Shown here: one piece after another, positions 62,134 through 64,000 of the stretch
Layout: each line of letters begins with the position of its first letter
Numbering within the stretch: position 1 is the stretch's first letter
Assembly (NCBI RefSeq): GCF_006345805.1
Contig: NW_021832856.1
Coordinates: 1 to 64,000, forward strand
Direction: 5' to 3'
DNA length: 64,000 nt
DNA from: Octopus sinensis
Lineage: Eukaryota
Notes under the pieces: model-generated
Told to the model about the DNA's origin: nothing
Database searches by the model: none
Seen by the model: only the letters and a program-made list of their open reading frames with translations
Program-made: the position numbers and the translations under genes

Positions 62134-62683
62134 TAATATAATATATATATACATATATATAATATATATATATATACATATATATAATATATATATATAA
62201 TACATATATATAATATATATATATATACACATATATAATATATATAATATATACATATATATAATAATACATTATATAATATATACATATATATAATATA
62301 TATATATATATACTATATACATATATATATATATACATAATATACATATTATAATATATACATTATATATACATATTAAATATATACATATAATAAATAT
62401 ATACATATATATATACATATATATAATATATACATATATATAATTATATAATATATATAATATATATATATATAACAAATATAATATATACAATATATAT
62501 AATAGATAACATATATATAATATATATATATATACAATATATATATATACAATATAATATATACATATATATAATATATATATATATACAATATAATACA
62601 TATATATAATATATATATATATATAATATATATATATATACATATATATAATATATATATAATACTATATATAATATATATAT

Positions 62684-62733
<50 letters not shown>

Positions 62734-62840
62734 ACACATATATATATACACATATATATATATATACACATATATATATATACGCACGCACACACACACT
62801 TTATATATATTATATACACTCTCACACACACATATATATA
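61330..62840. repeat. About 1.5-kb (TA)n array punctuated by CATA and AATA
   Basis: Direct reading. Confidence 0.95.
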
Positions 62841-62879
62841 AACAGCAAGACTAGTTGTGCCTTTTGTAGGGTTTGCAGC

Positions 62880-63640
62880 ATATGTTCTGCTATCATTGCT
62901 ATATGGAATCGAGGCATGGATTGTTTGTCATAGACATTTGGAATGATATTATCAATATCGTTTTAGGAAAATTCTTGGGATAACTTGGAGAATGGCTATG
63001 AATAATGCAGTAGCACTTGAGAGAAGTGGTTATAGGAGCGTAGAATCGATGATTCTGCCAAAGTCGTTTGAGATTGATTGGACATTTGGTGAGAATGAAT
63101 GACGCAATGCTTCGCAAGCAACTTTTGTATGGTGAACTGGAAGATGGTAGTAGGCCAGCACATAAACCTAAAATGAGGTTCAAGAACTGCCTCAGAATTG
63201 CTCTGTCAAAGACATGAGTTTCAGTTGTTGATTGGGAGGAGGAAGCACAAGTCTGAAAAAGAGAACAGAGTGCTTGTTCGAAGTTTGAAAGAGAGAGAAT
63301 GAAGCATGAGAAGATCAAGAGAAGGCTTAGAAAGAATGAACCTGTAGAAAATGAAGGTGTTTTGCTTTATACGTGTAAGGTTTGAGGGAGGAAATATATC
63401 AGTCATGCAGTCCTGCTCAGCCACCAGAGAACACACAGGAATCAACCGCTTGTGAATTGTGATATGGCTATTGTTCACAGCAGAGGATGTGCACCCTGTG
63501 GGAAGGTGTGCCCTTCAGTTGGAGGATTGAAAACGCATGTCAAAGGACTTCATACTGTGGCTCTTGTTGCTTCTGCCAGCCAGCACAGCTGTGCAATTTG
63601 CAAGAGGATGTGCAAGTCTTTGGTCGAGCTCGAGAGTCAA
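62880..63640 (+). mobile_element. RTE-clade LINE 3' fragment with three C2H2-type zinc fingers
   Basis: LLYGIEAW...RKILGITW...RLRLIGHLVRMND....KQLLYGELEDGSRPAHKPKMRFKNCL; then CKV*GRKYISHAVLLSHQRTH, CAPCGKVCPSVGGLKTHVKGLH and CAICKRMCKSLVELES, all in one frame. Confidence 0.88.
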
Positions 63641-64000
63641 TCTATCTATCTATCTATCTATCTATCTATGTGTGCCGTGCATGTACATACGCATACCTTC
63701 ACATCTATGTATAAGTAATTGTATATACGCATACATATCCATGTATGCTTATGACTATGTATACCTATATCTTTGAATCTCTAAATTGTTTCAGCATCGA
63801 ATCTGCGATCATGCTGGGGCATCACCGTTATGTGCGTGTGTGTGTGCGTATATATATATTATATATATTATATATATATATATATACGTGTGCGCGTGCA
63901 CACACGCACACACACCTATATATATATATATATATATACATATATTTTATATAATATCTATATATACATTTATATATTATTAGTGTTATCTACTTGACCA

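Noticed and set aside
1-64000. The many YI/IY/VC/HT-rich ORFs up to 433 aa in the ORF track
   Set aside because: They are translations of (TA)n, (CA)n and (CATA)n microsatellites, which lack stop codons in some frames; not coding.

Overview
Eukaryotic, very AT-rich, repeat-saturated genomic DNA with no prokaryotic features. The mix of kb-long (TA)n/(CATA)n arrays, tRNA-derived SINE families, and CR1-, RTE-, R4/Dong- and Penelope-type retroelements suggests a coleoid cephalopod (Octopus-like) genome; this is an inference from recognised repeat style and was not tested. Almost all ORFs in the supplied track are microsatellite artefacts (YI/IY/VC/HT runs). Recognisable content is: one full-length but decayed IS630-Tc1-mariner transposon with long TIRs; mariner MITEs; a Helitron 3' end; R4/Dong, CR1, RTE and Penelope (GIY-YIG) fragments; and many SINEs. 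Host-gene signal is limited to one 276-aa non-repetitive ORF (41400-42230, minus) and a few low-confidence exon candidates. The most striking pattern the ORF track does not explain is about a dozen minimal type-I hammerhead-ribozyme-like motifs in short Penelope-terminus-like units. Many of these sit beside or inside (TA)n arrays, and two lie in fold-back (inverted-repeat) elements. No rRNA, true tRNA or CRISPR array was found. Boundaries were read by eye and may be off by tens of bases for decayed repeats.
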